Positions 9,138-19,331 of a DNA stretch of 56,254 nt are shown piece after piece; within the stretch, counting starts at the first letter, position 1, and each line of letters opens with the position of its first letter. The stretch is from Candidatus Pacebacteria bacterium GW2011_GWA1_46_10 (GTDB lineage Bacteria; Patescibacteriota; Microgenomatia; UBA1400; PJMF01). The DNA lies in NCBI GenBank assembly GCA_001002135.1, contig LCLP01000001.1, positions 427,114 to 483,367 on the forward strand. The letters run 5' to 3'. The notes beneath the pieces are model-generated. The model saw nothing but the letters and a program-made list of their open reading frames with translations, was not told the DNA's origin and ran no database searches. A program made the translations under genes and the position numbers.

Positions 9138-10313
9138 ATGATTAAATTAATCAAGTCAACGTTTTACCATGAAAAAACCACCAAAAAAGCTTTGAATGCT
9201 TTTATCAATAAAGCAAAGATCCTCAGTTTTGGTGAACAGTGTGAGTTATTTGAGAGGAATTTTTCTCAATACCAGCAGCGAAAGCATGGTGTTTTTGTGA
9301 ACAGCGGGAGTTCAGCCAATCTGGCTATTATCCAATCGCTTTTAAACCTTGGTAAAATAAATCCTGGCGACAAAGTTGGCTTTTCGGCTCTCACGTGGTC
9401 CACCAACACTATGCCACTTTTGGAACTTGGTCTTAATCCTATTCCAGTTGATGTTGAGATTAATACGTTGAATGTTTCAAGTCGAACGTTTAAAGAGACA
9501 TTAAAAGTGCATAAGCCAAAAATGCTTTTTTTAACAAATCTGCTCGGATTTTGCGATGATCTGGATGAAATAGTGAAGATATGTAAACAAAAAAATATCA
9601 TCTTAATCGAAGACAACTGCGAATCATTAGGAAGTGTTTATAAAGGTAAATTGCTTGGCAATTTTGGATTAGCTTCGACTTTTTCGTTTTACGTTGGACA
9701 CCATATGTCTACTATCGAAGGTGGGATGGTAGTGACCGACAACAAAAGATTAGCTGATATGCTGCGACTTGTTAGAGCTCACGGTTGGGATCGAAATTTA
9801 GCGATGCAAGACCAGGAAAAAATCCGTAAAAAATTTAGAGTTAACTCAACTTTTTACTCTCGTTATACTTTTTACGATCTTGGGTACAATCTCAGGCCAA
9901 CAGAAATTGCTGGCTTTTTGGGAAATTATCAATTGCAGTTTATTGACGAGATTTTAACGAAAAGAAATAAAAATTTTTTGAAACTTTCTCGACAGCTATA
10001 TCAAAATAAAGAATACTATCCGATTCGTTTTGATCATATGGATTTTATTTCAAATTTTGCAGTGCCAATTGTTTGCCGAACCAAACAAAAGCGGGCAAAG
10101 TTGGTCCAGCGTTGTAACCAGAGGGTTGAAATTCGCCCCATTGTTGGTGGAGATATGACTCAGCAACCTTTTTATTCCAAACATAAGCAATTTATTCCCA
10201 AGTCTTGGAAAAATGCCAATGCCAAGATGATTCATGAACAAGGCCTTTATTTTGGTAATAATCCGGAAATGACGAGCGAGGAGTTGAAAATACTGGCCAA
10301 AGTATTTGTCTAA
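9138..10313 (+). CDS. DegT/DnrJ family PLP enzyme; ColD-like GDP-4-keto-6-deoxymannose 3-dehydratase
   Basis: NSGSSAN, EDNCES, SFYVGHHMSTIEGG (His at the PLP-Lys position), RAHGW, GYNLRP; no RfbH-type Fe-S Cys motif. Confidence 0.75.
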   Translation: MIKLIKSTFYHEKTTKKALNAFINKAKILSFGEQCELFERNFSQYQQRKHGVFVNSGSSANLAIIQSLLNLGKINPGDKVGFSALTWSTNTMPLLELGLNPIPVDVEINTLNVSSRTFKETLKVHKPKMLFLTNLLGFCDDLDEIVKICKQKNIILIEDNCESLGSVYKGKLLGNFGLASTFSFYVGHHMSTIEGGMVVTDNKRLADMLRLVRAHGWDRNLAMQDQEKIRKKFRVNSTFYSRYTFYDLGYNLRPTEIAGFLGNYQLQFIDEILTKRNKNFLKLSRQLYQNKEYYPIRFDHMDFISNFAVPIVCRTKQKRAKLVQRCNQRVEIRPIVGGDMTQQPFYSKHKQFIPKSWKNANAKMIHEQGLYFGNNPEMTSEELKILAKVFV

Positions 10314-10316
10314 GTC

Positions 10317-11471
10317 ATGAAAAAAATCCGTGTGGCACTGGTCCACAACATTATTTCTCCTTATCGAGTTCCTGTTTTTAATGCTTTGGCTAAAAAAAGA
10401 GATGTTGACTTAACGGTGTTTTTTTTGAGTGAGAGTGCTCGTAATCGACAGTGGAACACTCGACTTTACAAAAAACACATGCACTTTAAATATAAAATCT
10501 TAAATAACACTAAAATTATTTTTCCGTTTAAAGAACCCGTTGAATACATTATTAACTTTGCAATCTTTCATGAGTTAGCAAAGAAGAAATATGATGTGGT
10601 TATTACCTCTGGTTGGGCTGACTTTGCCTGCCAAATTATTCCTTTTTTAAAAAATGTATATCACTACAAATTTATTTTATGGGCAGGCAGTACCAAAGAT
10701 GAGCCGAGTTTACAAAGAACATTAACATTACCTTTGGTTAAAAAGATTGTTATTGCTGCTGATCATATTGTGGCGTATGGTTCAAAGGCAAAGGATTATC
10801 TTATTTCCTTGGGCGCTTCAACGCGAAAAATTAGTTCAACCGTTAACGCTGTAGATGTTGCTTATTTTAAAAAACAAGCCAAGCTGATGAAAAGACAAAA
10901 GTTAGCAAGAGTTCGCAAACAATATTCCTTGTTGGATGTAAAACGGTCGGTTTTATACGTTGGTCAGTTTATTGAAAGAAAAAACGTTGAAATGTTGATA
11001 AAAGCGATGAGTTTATTAAAAGTGCCAGATGTAACTTTAATACTGTTGGGTTATGGTCCACGGAAAAAGATATATTTACAACTCGCCAAAAAAATGGACG
11101 TGGACATTAGAGTTATTAATCACGTCGAACTTGAAAATATTCCAAATATTTATAGTCTTTCTGACGTATTGGTGTTGCCGTCGAGAGAAGAGGTTTGGGG
11201 ACTAGTGGTAAATGAAGCGATGGCGGTGGGGTTACCGGTGATTGTCTCAAATAAATCTGGATGCATTAATGATTTAATTTTTGAGGGCAAAAACGGATTT
11301 TCTTTTCATCATGATAATGAAAAAGAATTAGCAGAAAAAATAAATTTGATCTTAACGAATAGCGACTTAAAAAAACGGATGGGCCGAGAAAGTCAGAAAA
11401 TTATTTCACGAATTACTCCTGCTAAAACTGCAGCTGTTTTTTATCAAGAAATTAAGAAACTCGTGAAATGA
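10317..11471 (+). CDS. GT4 family glycosyltransferase
   Basis: SPYR, LYVGQFIERKN, LVLPSREEVWGLVVNEAMAVGLPVI. Confidence 0.92.
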   Translation: MKKIRVALVHNIISPYRVPVFNALAKKRDVDLTVFFLSESARNRQWNTRLYKKHMHFKYKILNNTKIIFPFKEPVEYIINFAIFHELAKKKYDVVITSGWADFACQIIPFLKNVYHYKFILWAGSTKDEPSLQRTLTLPLVKKIVIAADHIVAYGSKAKDYLISLGASTRKISSTVNAVDVAYFKKQAKLMKRQKLARVRKQYSLLDVKRSVLYVGQFIERKNVEMLIKAMSLLKVPDVTLILLGYGPRKKIYLQLAKKMDVDIRVINHVELENIPNIYSLSDVLVLPSREEVWGLVVNEAMAVGLPVIVSNKSGCINDLIFEGKNGFSFHHDNEKELAEKINLILTNSDLKKRMGRESQKIISRITPAKTAAVFYQEIKKLVK

Positions 11472-11643
11472 TTAAGTTGTTTTGGTCATATTTTCAAATC
11501 CTCAATCATCCAAATAATAGATCAAGAAAACTTTACAGGAAAAACTCGCTCCGGTGAAAATGTATCGTGGTCGGTTTACTCAAAATTTTCTTATTGTAAA
11601 AAATCAAAAAAGAATAATGCAGAGAGTAAAGAAAATAGCCCAT

Positions 11644-12324
11644 TTATTGCGGTCTTAAAACGTAAAAATGGTGGTATGGATAGAAAATTCTATCTTGTTG
11701 TTTAGTGATAGAAAAACCAGCTTTTTTAATTGAATTTTCAATTTTTTTCTTAGGATAATTTTTTCTGCCCATTTCCCAAGCGTGCATCGGAATCATGCCT
11801 TGCGTATTAAGAAAAAACGTGGGAATTTTGAGGCTAAAATGTTTTGGGGTGTGTGGTTTCATTTTAAGGAGTCGAAATAACCAACCAAGGCGTTTGGCGT
11901 AAAAGAAAGAAAAGGCCATGCCCAAATAAAATGTTGAGTGAGGAATAGAAATAATGACTCCCTTTCTGGCAATTCTCCCCATTTCTCTTAAAGCTTTTTC
12001 GAATTCACTGTAAGGAATATGTTCTAAGACCTCGAACGCGCAAACAACGTCGTGTGACTTACTTTTTAAGGGAATGTCTGTGATATCGCAGATGACGTCT
12101 GGTTTTAACGAGCGCTCTCTATCAGCTGAAGTGTATTGATACCCTTGTCTTTTTAGCAAATACTCTAATGTGCCAATTCCTTTTCCAACTTCCAATATTG
12201 ATTTTGGCTTCAAATCATTAATCAATTCAAATTGAGTCCAATAGTCCAGCCATAAGTTGAAAGATTCATACGTTTTTGGGTTATATATTCTGGCATTTTG
12301 GCGAGGTCTTTTATTTCTCATCAA
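11644..12324 (-). CDS. Class I SAM-dependent methyltransferase
   Basis: ILEVGKGIG, DVVCAFEVLEH, HAWEMG. Confidence 0.85.
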   Translation of the reverse strand: MMRNKRPRQNARIYNPKTYESFNLWLDYWTQFELINDLKPKSILEVGKGIGTLEYLLKRQGYQYTSADRERSLKPDVICDITDIPLKSKSHDVVCAFEVLEHIPYSEFEKALREMGRIARKGVIISIPHSTFYLGMAFSFFYAKRLGWLFRLLKMKPHTPKHFSLKIPTFFLNTQGMIPMHAWEMGRKNYPKKKIENSIKKAGFSITKQQDRIFYPYHHFYVLRPQ

Positions 12325-12361
12325 TCACTTATATCATATTCGAAGCACCAAAACCCCGGTT

Positions 12362-13651
12362 ATGAAAACAAAACCATTCAACAAAAGCTCTGGCTTCGTA
12401 CAAAGCACAGTCTCTATTGTCGGCAACGTTTTGGCCACCGGTATGTCTGCCATTGCCTTGATAATCATTACTAGAATGCTTGGTCCGGAAGGTTTTGGTG
12501 TTTTCAGTGTTGGCTTTTCGATCATGCTCATTCTGACAAAAATTAATGAATTAGGGCTTAATACGCCAATCATCAAGTATGGTTCAAGCGCCCAAACCGA
12601 AGCGGAAAAAAATCTCATTTATTCTATTTCGCTGAAATATAAGCTGATTTTTTCAGTGTTAGTGGCGCTGATTGGTTTATTTGGTGCCCGATACATTGCT
12701 CAACTCCTTAACTTTCCAGAGCCAACCATTATTGTGTTAGCCTTCACCGTTGGGCTGATTACTACTTATTATGAGCATCTGCTCTCAATGCTGCAGTCAC
12801 TTCATTTATTTACACAGACAGTTGTCATTAATGCTCTGCAAGCAGGCAGTAAACTCATTTTGTCGCTTTTACTACTTTTGACTGGTTTTTACCAAAATTG
12901 GCTGGTTTTCACAGTTTATATTGCCTCACCTCTGACGCCAATTCTTTTAAGTAAAAAGTTACTCCCCAGTTGGGTAAAAACTAACTTTAAACGAGGCGAT
13001 AAAACCGTGCAAAATCGGTTGATTAGGTTGGCCAGACACTCTGCGGTAGCATTGATTTCCGCTGGTATTATTGAAAACGTTGATGTGCTGTTTCTTCAGA
13101 AAAACCTCACTACTTATGAAACGGGTTTGTACGGTGGTGTTTCTCGCATCGCCATGTTGTTTGCGCTTGTTGCCTATTCACTGGCTAATGTGCTCAATGC
13201 CCGGGTAGCAAAGTATAAAACTCAAGAGCACTTACGGGTATATATGAAAAAGGCATTTGGGGTGGTGCTTCTTTCTGCCTTTGGCTTTTTAGTGTTTATA
13301 CCGTTAGCTCGACTCGTGATATTTCTCACCATTGGGCCAGAGTACTTAGCTGGCGTGGGGATACTACTAACATTAACTGCAGCCAGTTTCTTGGCCATCG
13401 CTGCCATTCCCTTTATTGCTCTGTTTTATAGTTTTGATGCTGATTGGTATTTTTCGATTAGTGGTATCTTGCAGTTAGCGATTGTGCTCGTTGGCAATGC
13501 CGTGCTTGTACCGCTCTATGGTTTGGAAGCAGCCGCTTGGACACGTTTAGCTACTCGTCTTTTCCTTTTTATTTTCACAGCCGGGGTTGGGCTATACTTG
13601 TATCAAAAACACTATGGGAAAAAAGTTCAAACAGCTGTTGTTAACACATAA
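12362..13651 (+). CDS. Wzx/MOP-family oligosaccharide flippase
   Basis: RMLGPEGFGVFS, about 12 TMs, GLYG and VPLYGLEAAAW motifs; ATG 12362 chosen to avoid overlap with the divergent gene. Confidence 0.85.
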   Translation: MKTKPFNKSSGFVQSTVSIVGNVLATGMSAIALIIITRMLGPEGFGVFSVGFSIMLILTKINELGLNTPIIKYGSSAQTEAEKNLIYSISLKYKLIFSVLVALIGLFGARYIAQLLNFPEPTIIVLAFTVGLITTYYEHLLSMLQSLHLFTQTVVINALQAGSKLILSLLLLLTGFYQNWLVFTVYIASPLTPILLSKKLLPSWVKTNFKRGDKTVQNRLIRLARHSAVALISAGIIENVDVLFLQKNLTTYETGLYGGVSRIAMLFALVAYSLANVLNARVAKYKTQEHLRVYMKKAFGVVLLSAFGFLVFIPLARLVIFLTIGPEYLAGVGILLTLTAASFLAIAAIPFIALFYSFDADWYFSISGILQLAIVLVGNAVLVPLYGLEAAAWTRLATRLFLFIFTAGVGLYLYQKHYGKKVQTAVVNT

Positions 13652-15170
13652 AGCGTTTTGGTTAACGCTGGTTATTTTCTTGGCCGGCACTTTTACTTTG
13701 CTGGACACCAGTAAACACTTTGCTTTTAATCTTGAACCGTATCCTGATGGCTTGTTTTATACCTTGCCCGCCTGGAACTTTGTTCATGGTAATGGTTTCT
13801 CCATGCGATTTGCAGGAAAAACTATTCAAAACCTAGTGCCGCCGTTGTATTCAGTTTTACTAATTCCTTTTTATTTTTTGTTTCCTACCCCAGTCGCTTT
13901 TTATGCTCTTAATGTAATGTTAGGTGCGCTTTCACTTTATATTTTTTACCGCATTTTGTCGGAACACACAAATCAGAAAACCACCTTAATTTTTACGCCA
14001 TTATTAGCCTTACTGCCGGTAATACTATGGTTACCAAGTTTGCCAATGGCTGAAAATCTTGTTCTGCCGCTAGTGATACTTATAATTTGGCTTTGGTTTA
14101 CCAAACAAATCCTGTTAAAAAAGAAAGTCATTTGGTTGCCACTGCTGCAAGTGGCGTTGTTTTTGACCAAATATTCTACCTTTACTTTTCTAATCCCTTT
14201 TAACACCCTCTTTCTTTGGGAAATAGTAAAAGAGAAACGCTACTCTGAGCTCAGGCGGTATGCGGGAATTTCGTTTGTTATTTTTTTAGGATATTTAATA
14301 GTTAGTCAGCCAGCATTCCTGCTACGAGTATTTCAAGCTCAGAAGGAAAGTAAAACCGATTCAGAGCTTGTAGCGTTTTCGGCGGGTTACTTTTCTGAAA
14401 ACTTTCTCGTTTATTTAAAAACACTGGTCGGGCTCCCAAGTTGGTTTTTATGGGAAAAAATTATGCTGGTAATTCCAGGATTTGCTTTTTTACCGTTTTT
14501 AGCGTTTAAAAAGAAATCTCAACAGGTTGTCCAAGCCCGAAAGTTACTGCTCATAGCTTTCGGGGTGGTATTTTTGCAGTCATTTTTTTATGCGGTTGAC
14601 GCGCGTTATTTAATAGCAACTGTGCCGTTGATTTTCATTGCAACCGCTCTGGGTTTTTATTCTTTTTCAAAAACCCGCTATTTTAATCGCGCTTTAATAC
14701 TCCTTACTTTACTTGTTTTAGCTCTCTTAGTCAGCCAGCGAGGTTTTTACAAACGACTCATTGCTTCTAATTGGTTTCATCGATCTCGAGCTTGGCAATA
14801 CGAAGCAATTCTTCACTTTAAACAGCTTAATCTGCCAGTAGATTCTTACCTTGTAACAGCGCTGCCACCATATCTTTTCACTTTCTATTACCCAAGTGCT
14901 CCTAATATTCTTCCTCTTTCTGAGACTCAGGAGTTTATGAATGAACAACAAAGACCATGGTCAGCAGAGATAAACTATCAGAACTTACTTGAGTCATATC
15001 ACTCTTTGTTGGAGAATGGCGAAACACTTTATATCAGTAATGCCTACATTACTCATTTGAAAAGTGTGGTAGAAGATTTTGAAGAATATAAAAATCAGTT
15101 TGAACTGAAACCTATCTCCAGTGATTGTGACCAAGCTTGCAATGTATATCAACTCTATCTCCCAAAATAG
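13614..15170 (+). CDS. GT-C-fold membrane glycosyltransferase (putative)
   Basis: YPDGLFY, PPLYS, MAENL, TKY, DARYL motifs; multi-TM. Confidence 0.72.
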   Translation: MGKKFKQLLLTHKAFWLTLVIFLAGTFTLLDTSKHFAFNLEPYPDGLFYTLPAWNFVHGNGFSMRFAGKTIQNLVPPLYSVLLIPFYFLFPTPVAFYALNVMLGALSLYIFYRILSEHTNQKTTLIFTPLLALLPVILWLPSLPMAENLVLPLVILIIWLWFTKQILLKKKVIWLPLLQVALFLTKYSTFTFLIPFNTLFLWEIVKEKRYSELRRYAGISFVIFLGYLIVSQPAFLLRVFQAQKESKTDSELVAFSAGYFSENFLVYLKTLVGLPSWFLWEKIMLVIPGFAFLPFLAFKKKSQQVVQARKLLLIAFGVVFLQSFFYAVDARYLIATVPLIFIATALGFYSFSKTRYFNRALILLTLLVLALLVSQRGFYKRLIASNWFHRSRAWQYEAILHFKQLNLPVDSYLVTALPPYLFTFYYPSAPNILPLSETQEFMNEQQRPWSAEINYQNLLESYHSLLENGETLYISNAYITHLKSVVEDFEEYKNQFELKPISSDCDQACNVYQLYLPK

Positions 15171-15173
15171 CAT

Positions 15174-17059
15174 ATGCAGTTAATAGATTACTTTCAGACT
15201 TTCACACTGATTAACTTCACTATTTTTGGTGTTTTCCTCTTATTGATGGATTTTCTCGGTTACTCTATAGCAAAAATTTTAAAAATTACTACTGTCTTTC
15301 GACCAGTGTATTGGTTGATTGGGTTTGCTCTTTTTTCTTTTGAGTGGTTTGTGCTCCATTTTTTTATGCCTTTTCGCCCTTCATTGGTTTGGTTGAGTCT
15401 CATTCCGTTAGTGACTTTTGCAATTTTTACAGTTCGAAAATATTCATTAAAACAATTTTCGTTATTTTGGAAAGAGGGGCTTGTTTTACTGTTTTTATTG
15501 GTGCCATTTGCTAAAGCTCTTTTCTTTCACACCGCTTTACCACCGCGATTATGGGATGAAATGGCTTATCACTTTTACTCTCCCATGAGAGTAGATAAAG
15601 AGGTTTCTTGGAATTTTTCTCACCCCCTGCAGTCAGGAGAATTTGATTTTTACATGATGTTACCTCGCACTATTGATGTTATGTATATTTTAATTTTTTC
15701 TATAACTCATACGTACGCCACCGCTCAATTACTGCATTTGTTGATCGTACTAAGTTCGATTCTTGTTGTTTCAAAATTTTTTTCTGAAAAAGGTGGTCTT
15801 TTACCTGCGGTGGTTTTTCAATTTTTATTTTTATTTCTTAACACTGAATTGCTATTTGATGCCACCACTGGATATATAGACTCTGCCACTGCAGCTATTG
15901 TTATATTGCCGCTAGTGGCTTTGTTCTTATACGTCCAAAAACCCACCGCAAAAAACTTGATGACCACTGTGCTTCTTTCTTCTCTATCAATGGGAACAAA
16001 ATACACAGCTCTTTCTTTTCTCGCTTCTTCCTGGTTAATAGCTCTCTTATTAGTTCTGTTAACCAATAGAAAAATCATCGATCAAGTCATAAAAAACAAG
16101 AAAAAAATACTGCTGGTAAGTTTAAATACCTTGGGGGTGCTTTTAGTTGTGAGTGTGTTGTTTGGCGGGTATTGGTACCTCAAGAATATGATTATGACCG
16201 GCAACCCAACCCACCCATTTACATTTTTTTGTCAAGCTTGTTCTTTAGGTACTGCTAAACTCCAAGGTTGGGGCTATCTTGATTTTTCTGTTGAAAATAT
16301 TGTTGAGATTTTTTATCCGTTATTTCATTTATTCCGAGATTTAGTATTTTTGTTTTTTCTCTCCATAGTTCTTTTGTTTTACTTTTCTTGGAAAAACAAA
16401 ACAAAGGATTGGCAACTCCTTATTTTAGCTGCGGGAGGAGTTCTATTAGAGGTTTTGCTTGTCAGTAGAGTGGGCAATTATGCCACCCGGTTTTTTTACC
16501 ACTGGTTTATTCTTACTTCCTTTATCTTTTCGCTCCCTTTTTTATTTTTCAAGCAAAAAAATGCCAAAGATATATTAATAATTTTTGGATTGTTTTTGTC
16601 GGCCGTAGTGTTTCTGTTTTTCTAAAAGAACAACCAATTCATCAGGTTCTAGAGCGAATTAGCGACAACGACAGATGGTTTGCCAGAGGAAAAATGGATT
16701 TACTCCAGTGGTTGCAGCCGAAAATTCCACTTGTTTATTCGATAGTTACTGAGTGTGGGAAAGACCAGCCATTTAAAATCTATTACACTGCTGATCCGGC
16801 GATGATTTGGGGCGATCCGGGACTGACTCGTGTTTTTCTCGTTAATTGTCACTACCAATTTATTCAATTAGATGGAAATGCAGAGAAAACAGCAGAAAAC
16901 GTGGATAAAGATACACCGCTTTTATCAACGGTAAACTGTGAATCAGAAAAAGAAAATCCATTTATTGATCCGCGAATGCGTGAGTATCACAAGCTCAATC
17001 AGTTGTTAATCTGTGATAGAACGGAAACTGAAAAGTTTATTTACACTTACTCTGATTAA
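15174..17059 (+). pseudogene. GT-C-fold glycosyltransferase split by a frameshift (15174..16625 plus a second frame ending at 17059)
   Basis: WDEMAYH, TKY, WYLKNMIMTGNP motifs; the frame of ORF 16694..17059 stays open upstream across the stop at 16623-16625 in a T/A-homopolymer-rich region. Confidence 0.6.
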
Positions 17060-18738
17060 GACTCTGGTAAACCTTTTTTAAAACATTCCTTAAATTCCCT
17101 TTTCTCAAAAGCTGGCCAATAGAGAGTTTCAAATTCATCGTCTTGAATGAAACAAGCATCGATTACTTTAGAAAAGTTAAAAATATTCTGCTCGAAACTT
17201 TCGACATTAAGATCAGTTAGAACGGTAATATACACCAACGCGGCGGGTGGATTGCTCACTAATTGTTGCTGATATTCAGAAATTTTTTCGGGCGGCAAAA
17301 TGTTGGTTAAAAAGAAGCGCGTACAGGGTCGTCTTTGACTGTAATAGTATTGTTGGCCGACGTTCCAGCCATGCTGGACATCAATGCAGTCTGTTAATGA
17401 AGTATTATTTTTGATTTTCGTTTCCATGCTGATTTGTTCCTTTTTTTCGGTATTAAACCACCTGGCAGCATGAAGTCTTGGGTTGTAGTCTCTGATCTGT
17501 GAAAAGTTTTCTGACCAAAGTTGTTGGTTTGGCATCAATAGTAAACCGATAAACGCCAGAGAAAGCATAAATGTCATGGAGCGCGAAAAATGTTTCTGCC
17601 AAACAGGGAGTAAGTTCAGGAGTGTATGAATGAAAATCTTGCCGACTAAGGCTATTAGTAAAATAAACGATAAAAGAATGGCAATATCATAAATGTGGTT
17701 ATACCGATTTTGCATTAAATAGCCAGCGAACGAACCAAGGCAAAACAAAAGAGCAACTGCATAAAGAGTGATTGTTTTTGAAAGTGGTTGAGAAAAAATG
17801 AACTGGACAATGCGCTGATTTTTTTTCACTAAGGTTTGAGTAATGTTTTTCTTAAACCAGAGGAATAGAACTACACCGGTTGTGGCAAAAAGTAATAACA
17901 ACGCTCTGTAGGGCAAAATAAAGAATCGTTGGGTGAGATACCGCAGGGCGGGAGAGAGGCGAGTAAAAAGCGCCCCAAAATCAGTCGGATTAAAAACGCT
18001 CGATTTATACGCCAGAAGCTCTCCATACGCTGAGAGAGCTTCTATTAACAGAAGATAGATTAATATGATAAATGCAGCTAAAGCTATTCCCGCCACGACA
18101 TTCCTTACAAATTGCCACAACTCTTGCTTGTTGCCGAATAACTTTATGACAAAATGAGGCAATAAACTTATTCCCACTAAAGCAAAAACCTCTTTCATTT
18201 GGCCAGCAAGAATAAAAAAGAAACTACTGAAAAAAATATCTCTATTGAAAGGCTTGTTTTTTAAGGCAAATATCAGTCCCGCCAATGAGAAAAATAGTCC
18301 ATTGATTTCTGGCGGGAAAAATTGAGTCTGGACTGAATTGGCGAAAAATAATAGACCAAAGGCAAAGTAAATCAGTATTTTTTCCCAAAAAGAAAATAAT
18401 CTTCCCAAAATAACCCAAGTCATCCACATGATGCCGGCCAAAAATAATAACCACAACAGGTGAAAAGACCAGAGAGAAGTGCCGATTAAAGCACCCCAGA
18501 GGCCGGTCATTAACGGTAAAGCCGGCGGTCGTATCTCCCAGTAGTTCAAATATGGGGAACCCAGACCCTTGAAAGGAGCGATACCGGGGACAAGTGTCGA
18601 GATAAAATCGGCCCGCAAGAGTGGTGTTTGCAGTTTATAGAAACTTTGCAACGCTAACCAAGAAAGAGTCACGAGCGCCACGACAACAGTGACGTAGCGT
18701 TGAATAGATTGGTCGCTGGAAAATTTTTTAATTGTCAT
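17056..18738 (-). CDS. GT-C-fold membrane glycosyltransferase (paralog of 31543..33228)
   Basis: PYLNYWEIRPP, QMKE, HGW, QRRPCTRF, NPPAALVY. Confidence 0.72.
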   Translation of the reverse strand: MTIKKFSSDQSIQRYVTVVVALVTLSWLALQSFYKLQTPLLRADFISTLVPGIAPFKGLGSPYLNYWEIRPPALPLMTGLWGALIGTSLWSFHLLWLLFLAGIMWMTWVILGRLFSFWEKILIYFAFGLLFFANSVQTQFFPPEINGLFFSLAGLIFALKNKPFNRDIFFSSFFFILAGQMKEVFALVGISLLPHFVIKLFGNKQELWQFVRNVVAGIALAAFIILIYLLLIEALSAYGELLAYKSSVFNPTDFGALFTRLSPALRYLTQRFFILPYRALLLLFATTGVVLFLWFKKNITQTLVKKNQRIVQFIFSQPLSKTITLYAVALLFCLGSFAGYLMQNRYNHIYDIAILLSFILLIALVGKIFIHTLLNLLPVWQKHFSRSMTFMLSLAFIGLLLMPNQQLWSENFSQIRDYNPRLHAARWFNTEKKEQISMETKIKNNTSLTDCIDVQHGWNVGQQYYYSQRRPCTRFFLTNILPPEKISEYQQQLVSNPPAALVYITVLTDLNVESFEQNIFNFSKVIDACFIQDDEFETLYWPAFEKREFKECFKKGLPES

Positions 18739-19331
18739 TTTTCAATCACAAACAAGTTGTTCATGCCCCACTCAAAATATTCGTGGTGAGTTTGTAAGCG
18801 TTTTACTTTTGTTGGCAGTAATTTCATTAGTTTATAGTGGTCAAAGTATCGTTTATGCTCTTCAATTTCCCGGCGGGAAATAAGCTTTAATTTATAAGAA
18901 ACAAACTCCAAAAAGCTTTTAGCCCAGGGCGAGGGAACTGTCAAAATAATTTTGCCGCCGGGTTTAAGAATGCGATACGCTTCGGCCAGAATCTCTTGCG
19001 GATAATTAATGTGTTCAAAGAAAGCAAAAGCAGTCACGATGTCTACTGATTTTTCTTTGAGTGGAATGTGCTTTTTTAACGGATCATTAACAATCTTTAC
19101 GACACTGGCTTTGTGAAGATGCAGTAGTTCGCCAGCAGCGAGCGGATCGATGCCAATATATTGTCGAAACTTTACACCGAAATTAAGTGCTTCATAATAA
19201 AAACGAATTTTTGGTCCGCAGCCAAGATCTACGAGCGTTAACGGAATTTCTAGAGGAATGTGTTTCAAGCCATGGTGAAAACGAATTTTGCGGGCAAGCG
19301 GTTCCAGTAATTCTTCCTCAAATATCGGCAT
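18735..19331 (-). CDS. Class I SAM-dependent methyltransferase
   Basis: LVDLGCG, AFFEH, RILKPGGKIILTVP, EEHKRYF. Confidence 0.88.
   Translation of the reverse strand: MPIFEEELLEPLARKIRFHHGLKHIPLEIPLTLVDLGCGPKIRFYYEALNFGVKFRQYIGIDPLAAGELLHLHKASVVKIVNDPLKKHIPLKEKSVDIVTAFAFFEHINYPQEILAEAYRILKPGGKIILTVPSPWAKSFLEFVSYKLKLISRREIEEHKRYFDHYKLMKLLPTKVKRLQTHHEYFEWGMNNLFVIEK

Noticed and set aside
16694-17059. 121-aa ORF as an independent gene
   Set aside because: Its frame is open well upstream of the ATG and overlaps the end of the GT-C, so it is more likely that gene's C-terminal domain. An independent gene is not fully excluded.
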